Positions 28,263 to 38,229 of a stretch of 64,000 nt of DNA are shown piece by piece. Each line of letters starts with the position of its first letter. The stretch's first letter is position 1. Position numbers and translations under genes: made by a program. The stretch is from Planctomycetota bacterium. Lineage in GTDB: Bacteria; Planctomycetota; SZUA-567; H5-PLA8. The notes under the pieces are model-generated. The model was not told the origin of the DNA and ran no database searches. It was given only the letters and a program-made list of their open reading frames with translations. The stretch spans positions 88,343 through 152,342 of the forward strand of contig JBBRQD010000002.1 in assembly GCA_038227045.1 (NCBI GenBank), given 5' to 3'.

Positions 28263-29243
28263 TCACACGTACTTATTCTCGCGATACCAAGCCACCGCGC
28301 GCCCCAACGCTTCTTCCGGCGGCGTCTGCGGCAGCCCCAATTCCTTGATCGCTTTGTCGCACTTCACCCACATTTTCTTTTTCGCCATCTTCACGCTTTC
28401 CAACGAAATCGACGGCGTCTTTCCGCGCATCAGCGACAATTTCGTGTCGAACCACCCCGCCATGAACGCGACAAAATAAGGCAGATGCATTTTGGGGCCG
28501 GGCAGTCCGGAAACCTTGCCGAGCATCTGGCCGATCTCCATCAGCGTCATATTTTTACAGCCCAAAATGTAGCGCTCCCCCACCCTGCCCTTTTCCGCGG
28601 CCAGCACATGCCCTTCGGCGCAATCGCGGACATCGATCAGATTTAGGCCCGTGTCGATTACCGCGGGCATTTTGCGTCTCAAGAAACGCACCGTCATGTC
28701 GCCCGTCGGGGTCGGCTTCGAATCGAATTCTCCCACTGGTGCCGTGGGATTGACGATCACCACCGGCAGGCCGTTGCGCGCGAGTTCCAGCGCTTTCAAT
28801 TCGGCCTGAAATTTAGTCCGCTTGTAGGTGCCGATCATCATCTCGAGCGAAACCGGCGTGCTTTCATCGGCCAGCGCATCTTTGAGAAAACCGATGCAGC
28901 CGACCGTCGAAGTGTAAACAATCCGCTTCACGCCTGCGCTGCCGGCGGCATCGAGCAGATTGGCGGTGCCTTCGACATTCGATTTATACGTGTCCACGGG
29001 ATCGGCGACATCGAAGCGATAATCGGCCGCGACATGAAAAAGCATCTCGCAGCCCTTCACGGCGCGCTCCAGCGACGCCCGGTCGCGCAGATCGCCTTCG
29101 GCCGTTTCGAATGGTTCGAGATCTTTCAGAAAACTCAAATTGCTGGTTTTGCGCACGAGCAAACGCACGCCCTGCCCGCGTTTTTTCAACGCGCGCGCAA
29201 CGTGATTGCCGACGAATCCAGTAGCTCCGGTGACTAAAATCAT
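28263..29243 (-). CDS. hpnA: Hopanoid-associated sugar epimerase / dihydroflavonol reductase-like
   Basis: VTGATGFVG, FHVAADYR, YKRTK, VNPTAPVGEFDSKPTPTG, GRVGERYILG. Confidence 0.85.
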   Translation of the reverse strand: MILVTGATGFVGNHVARALKKRGQGVRLLVRKTSNLSFLKDLEPFETAEGDLRDRASLERAVKGCEMLFHVAADYRFDVADPVDTYKSNVEGTANLLDAAGSAGVKRIVYTSTVGCIGFLKDALADESTPVSLEMMIGTYKRTKFQAELKALELARNGLPVVIVNPTAPVGEFDSKPTPTGDMTVRFLRRKMPAVIDTGLNLIDVRDCAEGHVLAAEKGRVGERYILGCKNMTLMEIGQMLGKVSGLPGPKMHLPYFVAFMAGWFDTKLSLMRGKTPSISLESVKMAKKKMWVKCDKAIKELGLPQTPPEEALGRAVAWYRENKYV

Positions 29244-29333
29244 TATGCGCGGCATTTTAAGGAGATCGCCGAAAGGCGAAAGTAAAAAGCAAATGCGGTT
29301 GCAATTTGAGCGCCGAGTTCCTAATGTTCAGTT

Positions 29334-29390
29334 CCCCTCTCCCCCCGGGAGAGGGCCGACGAGCAGCAGTATCGCTCGCGGGGTGAGGGG
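29334..29390. repeat. CCCTCTCCC/GGGAGAGGG-GGGGTGAGGGG palindromic repeat with an internal extra hairpin
   Basis: CCCTCTCCC-CCC-GGGAGAGGG...GAGC/GCTC...GGGGTGAGGGG in the divergent hpnA/DUF885 intergenic region. Confidence 0.6.
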
Positions 29391-29437
29391 TTCACGCGGC
29401 ATTGAATGTGCACGCCAAATTAACGAGGTTTTAATTT

Positions 29438-31060
29438 ATGACCGCCAGCGAATCCAGCGTCACCGTGTTCCGCGCGCTTTCCGAAAAATATGTCGAAGAC
29501 ACCTTTCAACGCTTTCCGACGCGCGGCTCGGCCGAAGGGCGGAAGGAGTTCAACGCCGATCTCGAAAAGCCCAACGCAAAGACGTACGCGGCGCACGAAA
29601 ATTTATTGCGCAAGACCATCGCCGCGGTCGAAAATCTCCCCGAGCACGATTTCACCGGCGACGATTGGCTTGACCGCCGCGCGTTCCTGAGCCAGCTCCG
29701 CACGGAGCTTGGGGCCATCGAAATCGACGTCCATCGCCGCAACCCGGACGCGTGGGCCTCTGGCGCGATGGACTGCGTTTACCGGCTTGTGATTCGGCAT
29801 GCCGACGATTTGACACCCGTCGCCGATGCGATTCTGTCGCGCTTGAAAAAGATTCCGGATTACCTCGAGCATGCCGAATCGATGCTGAAATCGCCCGTGC
29901 CGCTGTGGAAAAAGCTCGCGCAGAAATCCTGCGAAGGCGCACCGTCGCTCTTCGACGCGCTCGCCGAGCCGCTGAAAAAGACCGGCAAAGCCGAGCCGGA
30001 AAAGATCGACAAACTAATCAAGAAAGCGAAGAACGCTTTTGAATCTTACGCAAAATATGTAGGCAAACTTAAGCCCGGAAAACCCGGCTCGTTCGCCATC
30101 GGGAAGACGCGTTTCGAAGCGCTCATCCGCGAGCGGTTGGGCTGGGATTTGACCGCGGCGGAAGCCGAGGCGGCGGGTCACGCGCTCGCCAGCCGCATCA
30201 AGGAAGAAATGGAGACGGAAGCCCGGAAGCTGAGCCCCACGAAATCCGCGACTGAACTTTTGGACGAAGCCGCCGCGCAATGGAAACCGGCCGGGGCGCT
30301 GATCGACGAATACACGGCGCAGACGCAACGCGTCGCGGACGCCTGCCGCGCCGCCGATCTCGTCAGTTTCCCGCCCGGCGAACGGCTGCTCGTGAAGCCC
30401 GTCCCGGAATTCATGAAGCACCATTTTCCGACCGCGGCGTACAGTCAGCCGGGCGCGTACGACGACGATCAGACGGGCATATTCTGGGTGAACGATTTGA
30501 GCCTCGGGAAGAAAACCGAAGCCGATAAGCTCGCTGAAATTCGCCAGCATTTCGGGCTTGAATTGACCTGCGCGCACGAAGCGTATCCCGGCCACCACCT
30601 GCAATTCTGCACCGCCAACCGGCACCCCAGCAAACTGCGCCGGCTCTTTCAGCATGCGATTTTCTACGAGGGCTGGACGCTCTTCTGCGAAAAGATGATG
30701 GTCGATTTCAAGATCGTTGAATCCCCAACCGCACGTCTCGGGCAGCTCCACGACGCCCTTTGGCGCGCCAATCGCATCATCATCGATGTGGGGCTGCAAA
30801 CCGGAAAAATGAGTTACGAGGACGCGGTCAAACATTTGATGACGCACGTCGGATTCACCCGCGCGCGCGCCGAAGGCGACGTGAATTGGTACACAAGTTC
30901 GCCGACAGTGCCGATGAGCTATTTACTTGGCCGCACTGAAATGCTGCGCGTTAAACAAAAGAAGGTCGATCAAGGCGGCTGGTCGATCAAGAAGTTCAAC
31001 GACTGGAGTTTGTCGTTCGGAACTCTGCCGTGGCGCTGGATGGAATTGAGCGGGCTGTAG
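29438..31060 (+). CDS. DUF885 family protein (putative metallopeptidase-like, no signal peptide)
   Basis: AHEAYPGHHLQ, FYEGWTLFCE, LWRANRIIIDVGLQ, SYLLG. Confidence 0.9.
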   Translation: MTASESSVTVFRALSEKYVEDTFQRFPTRGSAEGRKEFNADLEKPNAKTYAAHENLLRKTIAAVENLPEHDFTGDDWLDRRAFLSQLRTELGAIEIDVHRRNPDAWASGAMDCVYRLVIRHADDLTPVADAILSRLKKIPDYLEHAESMLKSPVPLWKKLAQKSCEGAPSLFDALAEPLKKTGKAEPEKIDKLIKKAKNAFESYAKYVGKLKPGKPGSFAIGKTRFEALIRERLGWDLTAAEAEAAGHALASRIKEEMETEARKLSPTKSATELLDEAAAQWKPAGALIDEYTAQTQRVADACRAADLVSFPPGERLLVKPVPEFMKHHFPTAAYSQPGAYDDDQTGIFWVNDLSLGKKTEADKLAEIRQHFGLELTCAHEAYPGHHLQFCTANRHPSKLRRLFQHAIFYEGWTLFCEKMMVDFKIVESPTARLGQLHDALWRANRIIIDVGLQTGKMSYEDAVKHLMTHVGFTRARAEGDVNWYTSSPTVPMSYLLGRTEMLRVKQKKVDQGGWSIKKFNDWSLSFGTLPWRWMELSGL

Positions 31061-31098
31061 AAAGTGGTTGGGCGTCTCGCCCCAACAGATTTTCATTT

Positions 31099-31899
31099 TC
31101 ACTTTCTTGCAATCAACGCCGCCATTCGCCCGGTGAGGCCCTTCTCACGGCGATGCGAAAAAAATTCGTCTGCATCGCGATGTGTGCAGCGATCGGTCGT
31201 ATCGATGTTCCGTTCTGGAATTCCCGCGCGCAGCAATTCAAGCCGGATGCTTTCGCGAATGTTTGCGTATCCCTTTCCATCGGCGCGTTTGCGGATCTGT
31301 GCGCCGGTCCCGAAAGCGCGCTCGAATTCAATTAAGACTTCCGAACCGACTTCGAACGCATCAAAACCAATGCACGGCCCGATGGCTGCCAGAAAATTTT
31401 TTGGCGACAATCCGGACATCGAAACCAGGTCATTTAAAGCGACCGTCGTCGCGCAGCCCACCGTGCCGCGCCAGCCGGAATGAATCGCCGCCACGTTCCG
31501 GCCGTCATCCGACGCAAGCAACACGGGGCAGCAATCGCCCACTCGCACAGACAGGGAAAAAGATGTCGCGCAAGTTGTCAACGCGTCGCCCTTGGCATTG
31601 TTGTCGTGCGAGAATTCGACACTCACACGCGCCGAAACTGTGCTATGGATTTGGTGCAGCCAGCAGCGCTGCCGGCCTTCCAATCCGGCGGCTTTTTCGA
31701 GCAGCCGATAGTTATTAAGAATTCGCAGGCGATCGTCAATCACCTCGCCACTCGGATTGCCCAGGTTCAGCGAATCGAACGGGCCAGAACTGCCGCCGCC
31801 GAGTCGCGTGCTGAACGCATGGGGTACGCCGGCTTCGCGCATCTGCGGCGAAATATAGAAAACCGGCCCACTCGAATGGTTGATTTTTTCAAGACGCAT
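31099..31899 (-). CDS. pgeF: PgeF/YfiH-family purine nucleoside phosphorylase
   Basis: FSTRLGG, SLNLG, HQIHS, GDCCPVLL, AAIHSGWRG, IGPCI, FFSHRR. Confidence 0.92.
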   Translation of the reverse strand: MRLEKINHSSGPVFYISPQMREAGVPHAFSTRLGGGSSGPFDSLNLGNPSGEVIDDRLRILNNYRLLEKAAGLEGRQRCWLHQIHSTVSARVSVEFSHDNNAKGDALTTCATSFSLSVRVGDCCPVLLASDDGRNVAAIHSGWRGTVGCATTVALNDLVSMSGLSPKNFLAAIGPCIGFDAFEVGSEVLIEFERAFGTGAQIRKRADGKGYANIRESIRLELLRAGIPERNIDTTDRCTHRDADEFFSHRREKGLTGRMAALIARK

Positions 31900-31938
31900 G
31901 AAACCTGTATCGTCAAATCGAAGCGCCGGCTTGCGCGA

Positions 31939-32913
31939 TTACCATCCGAGAACGTACGCAAAAAGCAGCGGCGCGACGATTGATGCATCGGATTCAATGA
32001 TGAACTTAGGCGTCTCCGCAGCCAATTTACCCCAGGTAATCTTTTCGTTGGGCACCGCGCCGGAGTACGATCCGTACGATGTTGTCGAATCGCTGATCTG
32101 GCAGAAATAGCTCCAGACCGGCACGCTGGTGCGCTTCAAATCCTGGTGCAGCATCGGCACGACGCAGATGGTGAAATCGCCCGCGATGCCCCCGCCGATT
32201 TGAAAAAAACCAATGGGACGTTCGCTTTCGCGCGTGTACCAATCCGCCAGTTCGGTCATGTATTCGATGCCGGTCCGGACCGTGTGAATGTTTTTCACAT
32301 CGCCGGCAATGCAGTGCCCCGCGAACATATTTCCGAGCGTCGAATCTTCCCAGCCCGGCACAAAAATCGGCAGATTGCATTCCATTGCTGCATGCAGCCA
32401 ACTATTCTTTGGATCGATTTGAAAGCAGGACTGAAGCGCGGGATTCTTCAATATTCTGTAAAAAAACTCATGCGGAAACAGTCGGCGCCCTTCGCGGTCG
32501 GCGGCCTGCCATTCGGCGAGCATGAAACTTTCGATGCGCCGCAAGGCTTCGGCTTCGGGAATGCATGTGTCGGTGACGCGGTTCATGTGGCGGTCCAGAA
32601 GCGCCTGTTCGTCGGCGGGAGTCAAGTCGCGGTAGTTCGGCACGCGATGATAATGATCGTGCGCGACAAGATTGAACACATCCTCTTCAAGATTCGCTCC
32701 CGTGCAGGCAATCGCGTGAACCTTGCCGGAGCGGATCATCTCGGCCAGCGACAAGCCTATCTCCGCCGTGCTCATCGCGCCCGCCATGGTCAGCATCATT
32801 GCGCCGCCGGATTCGACGTGCGCGCGGTAACCTTCCGCCGCGTCGACAAGAGCGGCGGCGTTGAAGTGCCGGAAGTGATGACGGATGAACGTGGTAACTG
32901 GGCCGTAATTCAT
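31939..32913 (-). CDS. Deoxyhypusine synthase-like protein (probably polyamine/homospermidine synthesis)
   Basis: AGAMSTAEIG, TGANLEED, PGWEDSTLG, GSYSGAVPNEKITWGK with the catalytic Lys. Confidence 0.9.
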   Translation of the reverse strand: MNYGPVTTFIRHHFRHFNAAALVDAAEGYRAHVESGGAMMLTMAGAMSTAEIGLSLAEMIRSGKVHAIACTGANLEEDVFNLVAHDHYHRVPNYRDLTPADEQALLDRHMNRVTDTCIPEAEALRRIESFMLAEWQAADREGRRLFPHEFFYRILKNPALQSCFQIDPKNSWLHAAMECNLPIFVPGWEDSTLGNMFAGHCIAGDVKNIHTVRTGIEYMTELADWYTRESERPIGFFQIGGGIAGDFTICVVPMLHQDLKRTSVPVWSYFCQISDSTTSYGSYSGAVPNEKITWGKLAAETPKFIIESDASIVAPLLFAYVLGW

Positions 32914-32928
32914 GGTAAAAAACTCCTG

Positions 32929-34644
32929 CTATGGTTTCAATATCTCGATTGGAACCGTTGTGGACGGCGTCGGCGCATCCGAGTCTTTGCCTTCCGGCGG
33001 AATCAATTTTCCCGGATTCATGATGCCGTCGGGATCGAGCGCTTTTTTCAATCCGCGCAATAGCGTCAGACCGGGCCGCGTGACTTCGCGCTCCATCCAG
33101 GGGCGATGCTCGTAGCCGACCGCGTGATGATGCGACAGCGTGCCGCCGTTCTGCATGAACGTCTCCGTGATCAAGCGCTTGAAACGATAATACTGCTCCA
33201 GTTCCTTGCCTTCCGTCTGACGCGCGGCGAAGGTGAAATAGAGCGACGCGCCGTCAACATACGAATGGGAAATGTGGCAGCCGATGTAGCCGGGATAACC
33301 TTCCTTTTTGAATTGCGCCTGAATCGCGTCGCGCGCCGCGCGGTACAGCGGCATCAATTTGGACCACACCGCGGCGGTCTCCGCCACATCGACCATGCAG
33401 CCGTGATTCATCAAAATGTCGCGCAGATACGGCACCGCGAATTTATTTTTCTGGAATGTTTTTCCGACGCTGTTGCCGAGATGAAAGCCGCGATTCTTTT
33501 TCATGATCGGCAGGACTTTTCGGCGCATGTCTGACGCATGATCCGGTTCGCCTTCGAAACCGACCATCATCAGGCACGGTGTGCCGTAGCCTTTTGCTTT
33601 GAGGTATTTTTTGAGCTGGGCCTGAACGAAACCCGAAATGCCCTCCGACGGCTTTTTCATGCTGAACGCAAGCCCGGTTTCGGCGACATCCTGAAGGCGA
33701 AACATGGTCGGCGATGCGTTGCGGCTGATCGCTTCGTGAATCGCCGAGGAACCCGATTCGAAATCCGGGAAGAGCACGCCATGGTAATCCTTGATCTTCG
33801 GGATGGGATGAACTTTCATCACCGCTTCGGTGATGACGCCGAGCGTGCCTTCGGAGCCGCAGATGATCTGATCGATGTCGGGCCCGGCGGCGGATTTCGG
33901 CGTCAATTTTGTTTCGATCGTGCCGGCCGGGCTGACGAGTTTCATGGCGACGACCATGTCCTCGATTTTTCCGTACGCATCGGATTGCATTCCCGCGGAG
34001 CGCGTCGCAAGCCAGCCTCCCAGCGTGGCGAATTCGAACGAGTCCGGCATGTGCCCCAATGAGAAGCCCAGCGCCTGCAAATCGTCTTCGAGTTTCGGAC
34101 CGGGAACGCCGGCCTCGATTGTCGCAGTCCACGATTCACGATCGATGCTCAGCACGCGGCTCATGCGGCGCATATCGAGCGTGATGCGCATCGCGGAATG
34201 ATCGAGGTGCTCAACGCCGCCAACGATGTTGGTGCCGCCACCAAAGGGAATCAAGCGCACGCCAAATTGTTTCGCAGCGATGACAATTTTTTCGACTTCC
34301 GCGTGGCTTTCGGCGAAGAGCACCATGTCGGGCGCGTTGTCGACGATCCCCTGCCGGACTCGAAACAGATCGGGGAAACTTTTTCCATAGGTGTGGATCA
34401 AGCGCTGTTCGTCATCGGCGGCGATTTGATCGGGCTTTAAAAATGCGCCGATTGCTTTGACGAATTCAGCGTTCAGATTTTGTGCGGGGAGCCGGACTTT
34501 CGCGCGGTCGATTGGCGCGGTTTTGCGGCACGCATCGGTCAACCCCAGCGCTTTCTGAATGAACGGCCACAGCAGCGGCTTCTCGTCCATCGGAAACGTA
34601 AACGCGGGATCGCCCCAACCCCACCACTTCATGTCTTTGATCAT
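32929..34644 (-). CDS. FAD-linked oxidase, alkylglycerone-phosphate synthase (AgpS)-like
   Basis: MKWWGWG, PFGGGTNIVGG, HMPDSFEFATLGGWLATRSAG, CHISHSY..GASLYFTF, SHHHAVG, MNPGKL. Confidence 0.85.
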   Translation of the reverse strand: MIKDMKWWGWGDPAFTFPMDEKPLLWPFIQKALGLTDACRKTAPIDRAKVRLPAQNLNAEFVKAIGAFLKPDQIAADDEQRLIHTYGKSFPDLFRVRQGIVDNAPDMVLFAESHAEVEKIVIAAKQFGVRLIPFGGGTNIVGGVEHLDHSAMRITLDMRRMSRVLSIDRESWTATIEAGVPGPKLEDDLQALGFSLGHMPDSFEFATLGGWLATRSAGMQSDAYGKIEDMVVAMKLVSPAGTIETKLTPKSAAGPDIDQIICGSEGTLGVITEAVMKVHPIPKIKDYHGVLFPDFESGSSAIHEAISRNASPTMFRLQDVAETGLAFSMKKPSEGISGFVQAQLKKYLKAKGYGTPCLMMVGFEGEPDHASDMRRKVLPIMKKNRGFHLGNSVGKTFQKNKFAVPYLRDILMNHGCMVDVAETAAVWSKLMPLYRAARDAIQAQFKKEGYPGYIGCHISHSYVDGASLYFTFAARQTEGKELEQYYRFKRLITETFMQNGGTLSHHHAVGYEHRPWMEREVTRPGLTLLRGLKKALDPDGIMNPGKLIPPEGKDSDAPTPSTTVPIEILKP

Positions 34645-34662
34645 TCGTGCTCCGTTGAACTG

Positions 34663-34911
34663 CTATTTGTCGTTCGCAGAATTATCCGAATCTTTTGGTT
34701 GGTCAACGCTACGGGAAATTCTCTTCAGGCCGTAAAGAATCAACAATATGCTGAGTGCAAGAAACGGCATCGCGAGAATGTGCTGATTTCTACTTATTCC
34801 TGAACATGCTGCAAACATTCCCAACAGAATCATGAAACTTACTGTGCAGGAGTTTCCGCAACCCATGCTACTCGTAGAGTCTTTCGGCGAAGGAGCATCA
34901 ATATCTGCCAT
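34663..34911 (-). CDS. Small two-TM hypothetical protein (82 aa)
   Basis: MADIDAPSPKD... two hydrophobic segments. Fills the gap between SDR and agpS. GGAG upstream. Confidence 0.5.
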   Translation of the reverse strand: MADIDAPSPKDSTSSMGCGNSCTVSFMILLGMFAACSGISRNQHILAMPFLALSILLILYGLKRISRSVDQPKDSDNSANDK

Positions 34912-34945
34912 TTTCGACTCCGTTAGGAATTGGATGTAAAACCAA

Positions 34946-35779
34946 CTACCGCTCCGCCAGCCCCCGCCTTCTGTTAAACCAGCGCGTAAAACTTCCCAAC
35001 ACACCGGCCGGTACGCAGCGCGCCATCAGCGTGTACAGCGTGTTGTGCCAACCGGGCACAATGGTCGATTTGCCGCGCAACATTCCGCTCACGCCGATCT
35101 TTGCGACCGCTTCGGCGCTCATCGAGAACGTCGATTTTTTTTCTTTCATGCCGGCGGCCGCGCGAAAACGGGTGAGCGTGATGCCGGGGCATAATACCGA
35201 AATCGTCACGCCGGTTCCATGCAGTTCCAGCGCGAGCGTGCGCGAAAACGAGAGCATGAAGGCTTTGCACGCCGCGTAGACGGCTTGATTCGGAACCGGG
35301 CTGAACGCATAGACAGAGGCGACATTTAAGATTCGCCCGGATTTATTTTCGATCATGCCGGGGAGAAAAGCCTTCGTGAGCTCGATCATCGTTTTGAGCT
35401 GCAAATCGATCATGCGCGCTTCGTCGGCGGCGCTTGATTCTGTAAAGGGGCTGTGCAGGCCGAAGCCGGCGTTATTGATGAGCGCGCCGATGCAGATATT
35501 TTTTTCGGCGACAGTTTTTTTGACGCATTCGATTCCAGTTTGAGTCGAGAGATCTGCGACGAGCGTCAACGTTTCAACGGCGCAGTTTTTGCGAATTGTG
35601 GCGGCATGGGCGTCGAGCGTCTGTGGATCGCGTCCGACGAGGATCACGTTCCATTTCAATTCGGCAAGGCGCTGAACGATGGCCGCGCCGATTCCCGACG
35701 ATGCACCCGTGACGACGGCCCAGGAGTTTTTGGTCACCCTCTCCGCGATGGGTCCCGCCAAGTCGCCGGCTTGGTTCAC
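34946..35779 (-). CDS. Short-chain dehydrogenase/reductase (DltE-like)
   Basis: TGASSGIG, NNAGFG, VAS, YAACK. Confidence 0.92.
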   Translation of the reverse strand: MNQAGDLAGPIAERVTKNSWAVVTGASSGIGAAIVQRLAELKWNVILVGRDPQTLDAHAATIRKNCAVETLTLVADLSTQTGIECVKKTVAEKNICIGALINNAGFGLHSPFTESSAADEARMIDLQLKTMIELTKAFLPGMIENKSGRILNVASVYAFSPVPNQAVYAACKAFMLSFSRTLALELHGTGVTISVLCPGITLTRFRAAAGMKEKKSTFSMSAEAVAKIGVSGMLRGKSTIVPGWHNTLYTLMARCVPAGVLGSFTRWFNRRRGLAER

Positions 35780-35782
35780 GTT

Positions 35783-36007
35783 TTACCCCGCACATTCCCC
35801 GGATGGCTTCGTCATGCCATGCCCAAAGACTTCGAGCGCCAGCGGAATTGTCGTCGCCACTCCCACGCCTAGCAGCGCCCAGCCGACGGCCTTGCGCTGT
35901 TTATCATCCAGCTTGTCCGCCAGCAACAATCCGATCCCCACACCCAACATACCGCGCGTCGCAGCAACCAACGCAAGTTCCGGCAACGTGACACTGTAAT
36001 GCTTCAT
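35783..36007 (-). CDS. Small conserved-looking membrane protein (74 aa)
   Basis: GGAGG RBS. MKHYSVTLPELALVAATRGMLGVGIGLLLA...RKAVGWALLGVGVATTIP, two TM segments. Confidence 0.7.
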   Translation of the reverse strand: MKHYSVTLPELALVAATRGMLGVGIGLLLADKLDDKQRKAVGWALLGVGVATTIPLALEVFGHGMTKPSGECAG

Positions 36008-36106
36008 GATTTGAGCCTCCGGATTTGTCACTCCAAGCATATCGCAACACAACGATCAATTGGAGGTTGAAACGCGGATTTCGTGCGTTCGACTATCATG
36101 CGCTCC

Positions 36107-36817
36107 CTATTCTTCTACCAGCACGACGGTCAGTTGTTTCGGACCGTGCGCGCCGAGAACCAGGATGCGTTCGATGTCTCCGGTGCGGCTCGGCCCGGTG
36201 ATCAGAGTCACGAAACTCGGCAACGCTGAGCCATATTTTCGCGCGAGGATTTCGTACGCCGATGAAAGATCCGGCAATAATTGATCGCCCGTCGCCAGGA
36301 CGACATGGTGCGGTGGCAACACAGAGAGCGTGCGTCCCCCGGCGCTGGTTGCCGTCAGCAGAATCGTGCCCGTCTGCGCGATCAACGCATCGCACGCGGT
36401 GATGCCGGCGTCGCATCGTTCGAGCGTGTGAACGTCATATCCAAATTTCGTTTCGAGCGCCGGCAGCCCGAGCGCGGCGACTGCATCGTCGATCAGCGGC
36501 GATTGATGAAACGCGACGCGTGCCCACTTTTCTTCAGCGGCCAATTTTTGCAATGCTTCATGCGCCGCTGCGCGTGTGGGGCAGCGCAGAAATGCGGTCT
36601 TTAAATCCTCCGAATTGCGCGCGAAAATCGCGGCGTTTTCTTCGTAATTCGCGCCGACGGGCGGCAGCCACGCGCGAATTTCGGCCGGCGCGCCTGGTGC
36701 GGGGTGCGCGTGATCCGAATCGCTTTCAGCGATTGGGCCGTGATCTCCGGGCATCGGCGCTGAAAGTTTTAGCGCTTCGCGGATGCGGCCGAGAATGGCT
36801 TCGCGTCCGGTGCTCAT
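36107..36817 (-). CDS. lutC: Lactate utilization protein C (LUD domain)
   Basis: REAILGRIR, LIAQTGT, SVLPPHH, ITGPSRTGDIE..LVLGAHGP. Confidence 0.9.
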   Translation of the reverse strand: MSTGREAILGRIREALKLSAPMPGDHGPIAESDSDHAHPAPGAPAEIRAWLPPVGANYEENAAIFARNSEDLKTAFLRCPTRAAAHEALQKLAAEEKWARVAFHQSPLIDDAVAALGLPALETKFGYDVHTLERCDAGITACDALIAQTGTILLTATSAGGRTLSVLPPHHVVLATGDQLLPDLSSAYEILARKYGSALPSFVTLITGPSRTGDIERILVLGAHGPKQLTVVLVEE

Positions 36818-38229
36818 GGCTTCGCCTCCACTTTTGTGCCGCGCTCACGCCACATTTCTTTGAAATTCTTTGGTGCCGAATTTGGGAATGAGCGGGTGCG
36901 CGTCCAGGCACCGAGCGGATCGAGACGCGTACCACGCACCAGCCCGATTAGTTTTTCGCCGAAGCGCGCCCAGCCGGAGAGAATTTCGAAGAGCTTCGGC
37001 TTCGTGGCCACTTGAGCGAAGATTTTCATGGCGATCTTTTCGAAGAACGGCGCGTGTTCACCGACGGCGTTGCGGCGGTTGTGAAGCAGATGATGATGCA
37101 AATTAATTTTGACGGGACAGGCTTCGCTGCATGCGCCGCAGAGGCTGCTGGCCTGCGACAAGTGCTTCCACTGTTGCAGCCCGCGCAGATGCGGTGTGAT
37201 AACCGAGCCGATCGGACCTTGGTACGTCGTGCCATACGTATGGCCGCCGACGTTTTTGAAAATCGGGCAGACGTTCAGGCATGCGCCGCAGCGGATGCAA
37301 TGCAACGCGTCGCGCTGTTCGGGATCGGCGAGCAGTTGCGTGCGGCCGTTGTCGAGCAGGACGATGTGGAATTCGCCGGGTCCGTCCGCCTCATCCGCCT
37401 TTCGCGGGCCGCCGATCAAACTGTTGTAACACGTCAGCGCCTGGCCGGCTCCGGCGGTCGCGAGCATGGGCAGAAAGAGCGCAAGGTGTTCCATGCGGGG
37501 GATGATTTTTTCGATGCCGACGATGGCCACGTGCACGCGCGGCAACGCGGTCGACAAACGCGCGTTGCCTTCGTTTTCGGTGATCGAGATCATCCCCGTT
37601 TCGGCGACGGCGAAATTTGCGCCGCTGATGCCCATGTCGGCTTTGATGTACTCGCCGCGAATCGCGCGCCGCGCGATCATGGTCAATTCTTCAGGCTGGT
37701 CGGTCGGTTCCGAGCCGAGTTTTTTTTGGAACAGATCGCTGATCTCGTGGCGCGTGAGATGCATCGATGGAAACACAATATGGTAGGGCGGTTCTTCGCG
37801 AAGCTGAACGATCAATTCGCCGAGATCGGATTCGACTACGCGGATGCCGGCTTTTTCGAGCGCCTGCCCGAGGTGAATTTCCTCGCCGGTCATCGTCTTG
37901 GATTTGACGATCGATTTGACGCTGTGCTGCTTGGCGACATCGAGAATGTAATTGCGCGCTTCGTCAGCCGAACTCGCCCAAAATACTTTCGCGCCGTTGG
38001 CTTCGGCTTTGTCGGCGAACTCGGCAAGGTAGCGATCAAGGTGATTGATCGCGTCCCATTTGATTTCGGCGGCGGTCTGTCGCGCGTGCTGCCAATCCTT
38101 GAACTGCGCTTTTTTCTCGTCGCGTTTGACGAGATAGCCCTTCAACGCGTTTTGAATCAGCGACCGGTGGCGCAAGTCCGCTGTAACGCGTTTCGCATTG
38201 TCGAGAAAAGAGGAGGCGGTTGAGTTCAT
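36814..38229 (-). CDS. lutB: Lactate utilization Fe-S protein B
   Basis: True start MNSTASS at 38229 (ATGA overlap with lutA). KSKTMTGEE, ESDLGE, CIRCGACLNVCP, SLCGACSEACP. Confidence 0.92.
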   Translation of the reverse strand: MNSTASSFLDNAKRVTADLRHRSLIQNALKGYLVKRDEKKAQFKDWQHARQTAAEIKWDAINHLDRYLAEFADKAEANGAKVFWASSADEARNYILDVAKQHSVKSIVKSKTMTGEEIHLGQALEKAGIRVVESDLGELIVQLREEPPYHIVFPSMHLTRHEISDLFQKKLGSEPTDQPEELTMIARRAIRGEYIKADMGISGANFAVAETGMISITENEGNARLSTALPRVHVAIVGIEKIIPRMEHLALFLPMLATAGAGQALTCYNSLIGGPRKADEADGPGEFHIVLLDNGRTQLLADPEQRDALHCIRCGACLNVCPIFKNVGGHTYGTTYQGPIGSVITPHLRGLQQWKHLSQASSLCGACSEACPVKINLHHHLLHNRRNAVGEHAPFFEKIAMKIFAQVATKPKLFEILSGWARFGEKLIGLVRGTRLDPLGAWTRTRSFPNSAPKNFKEMWRERGTKVEAKP

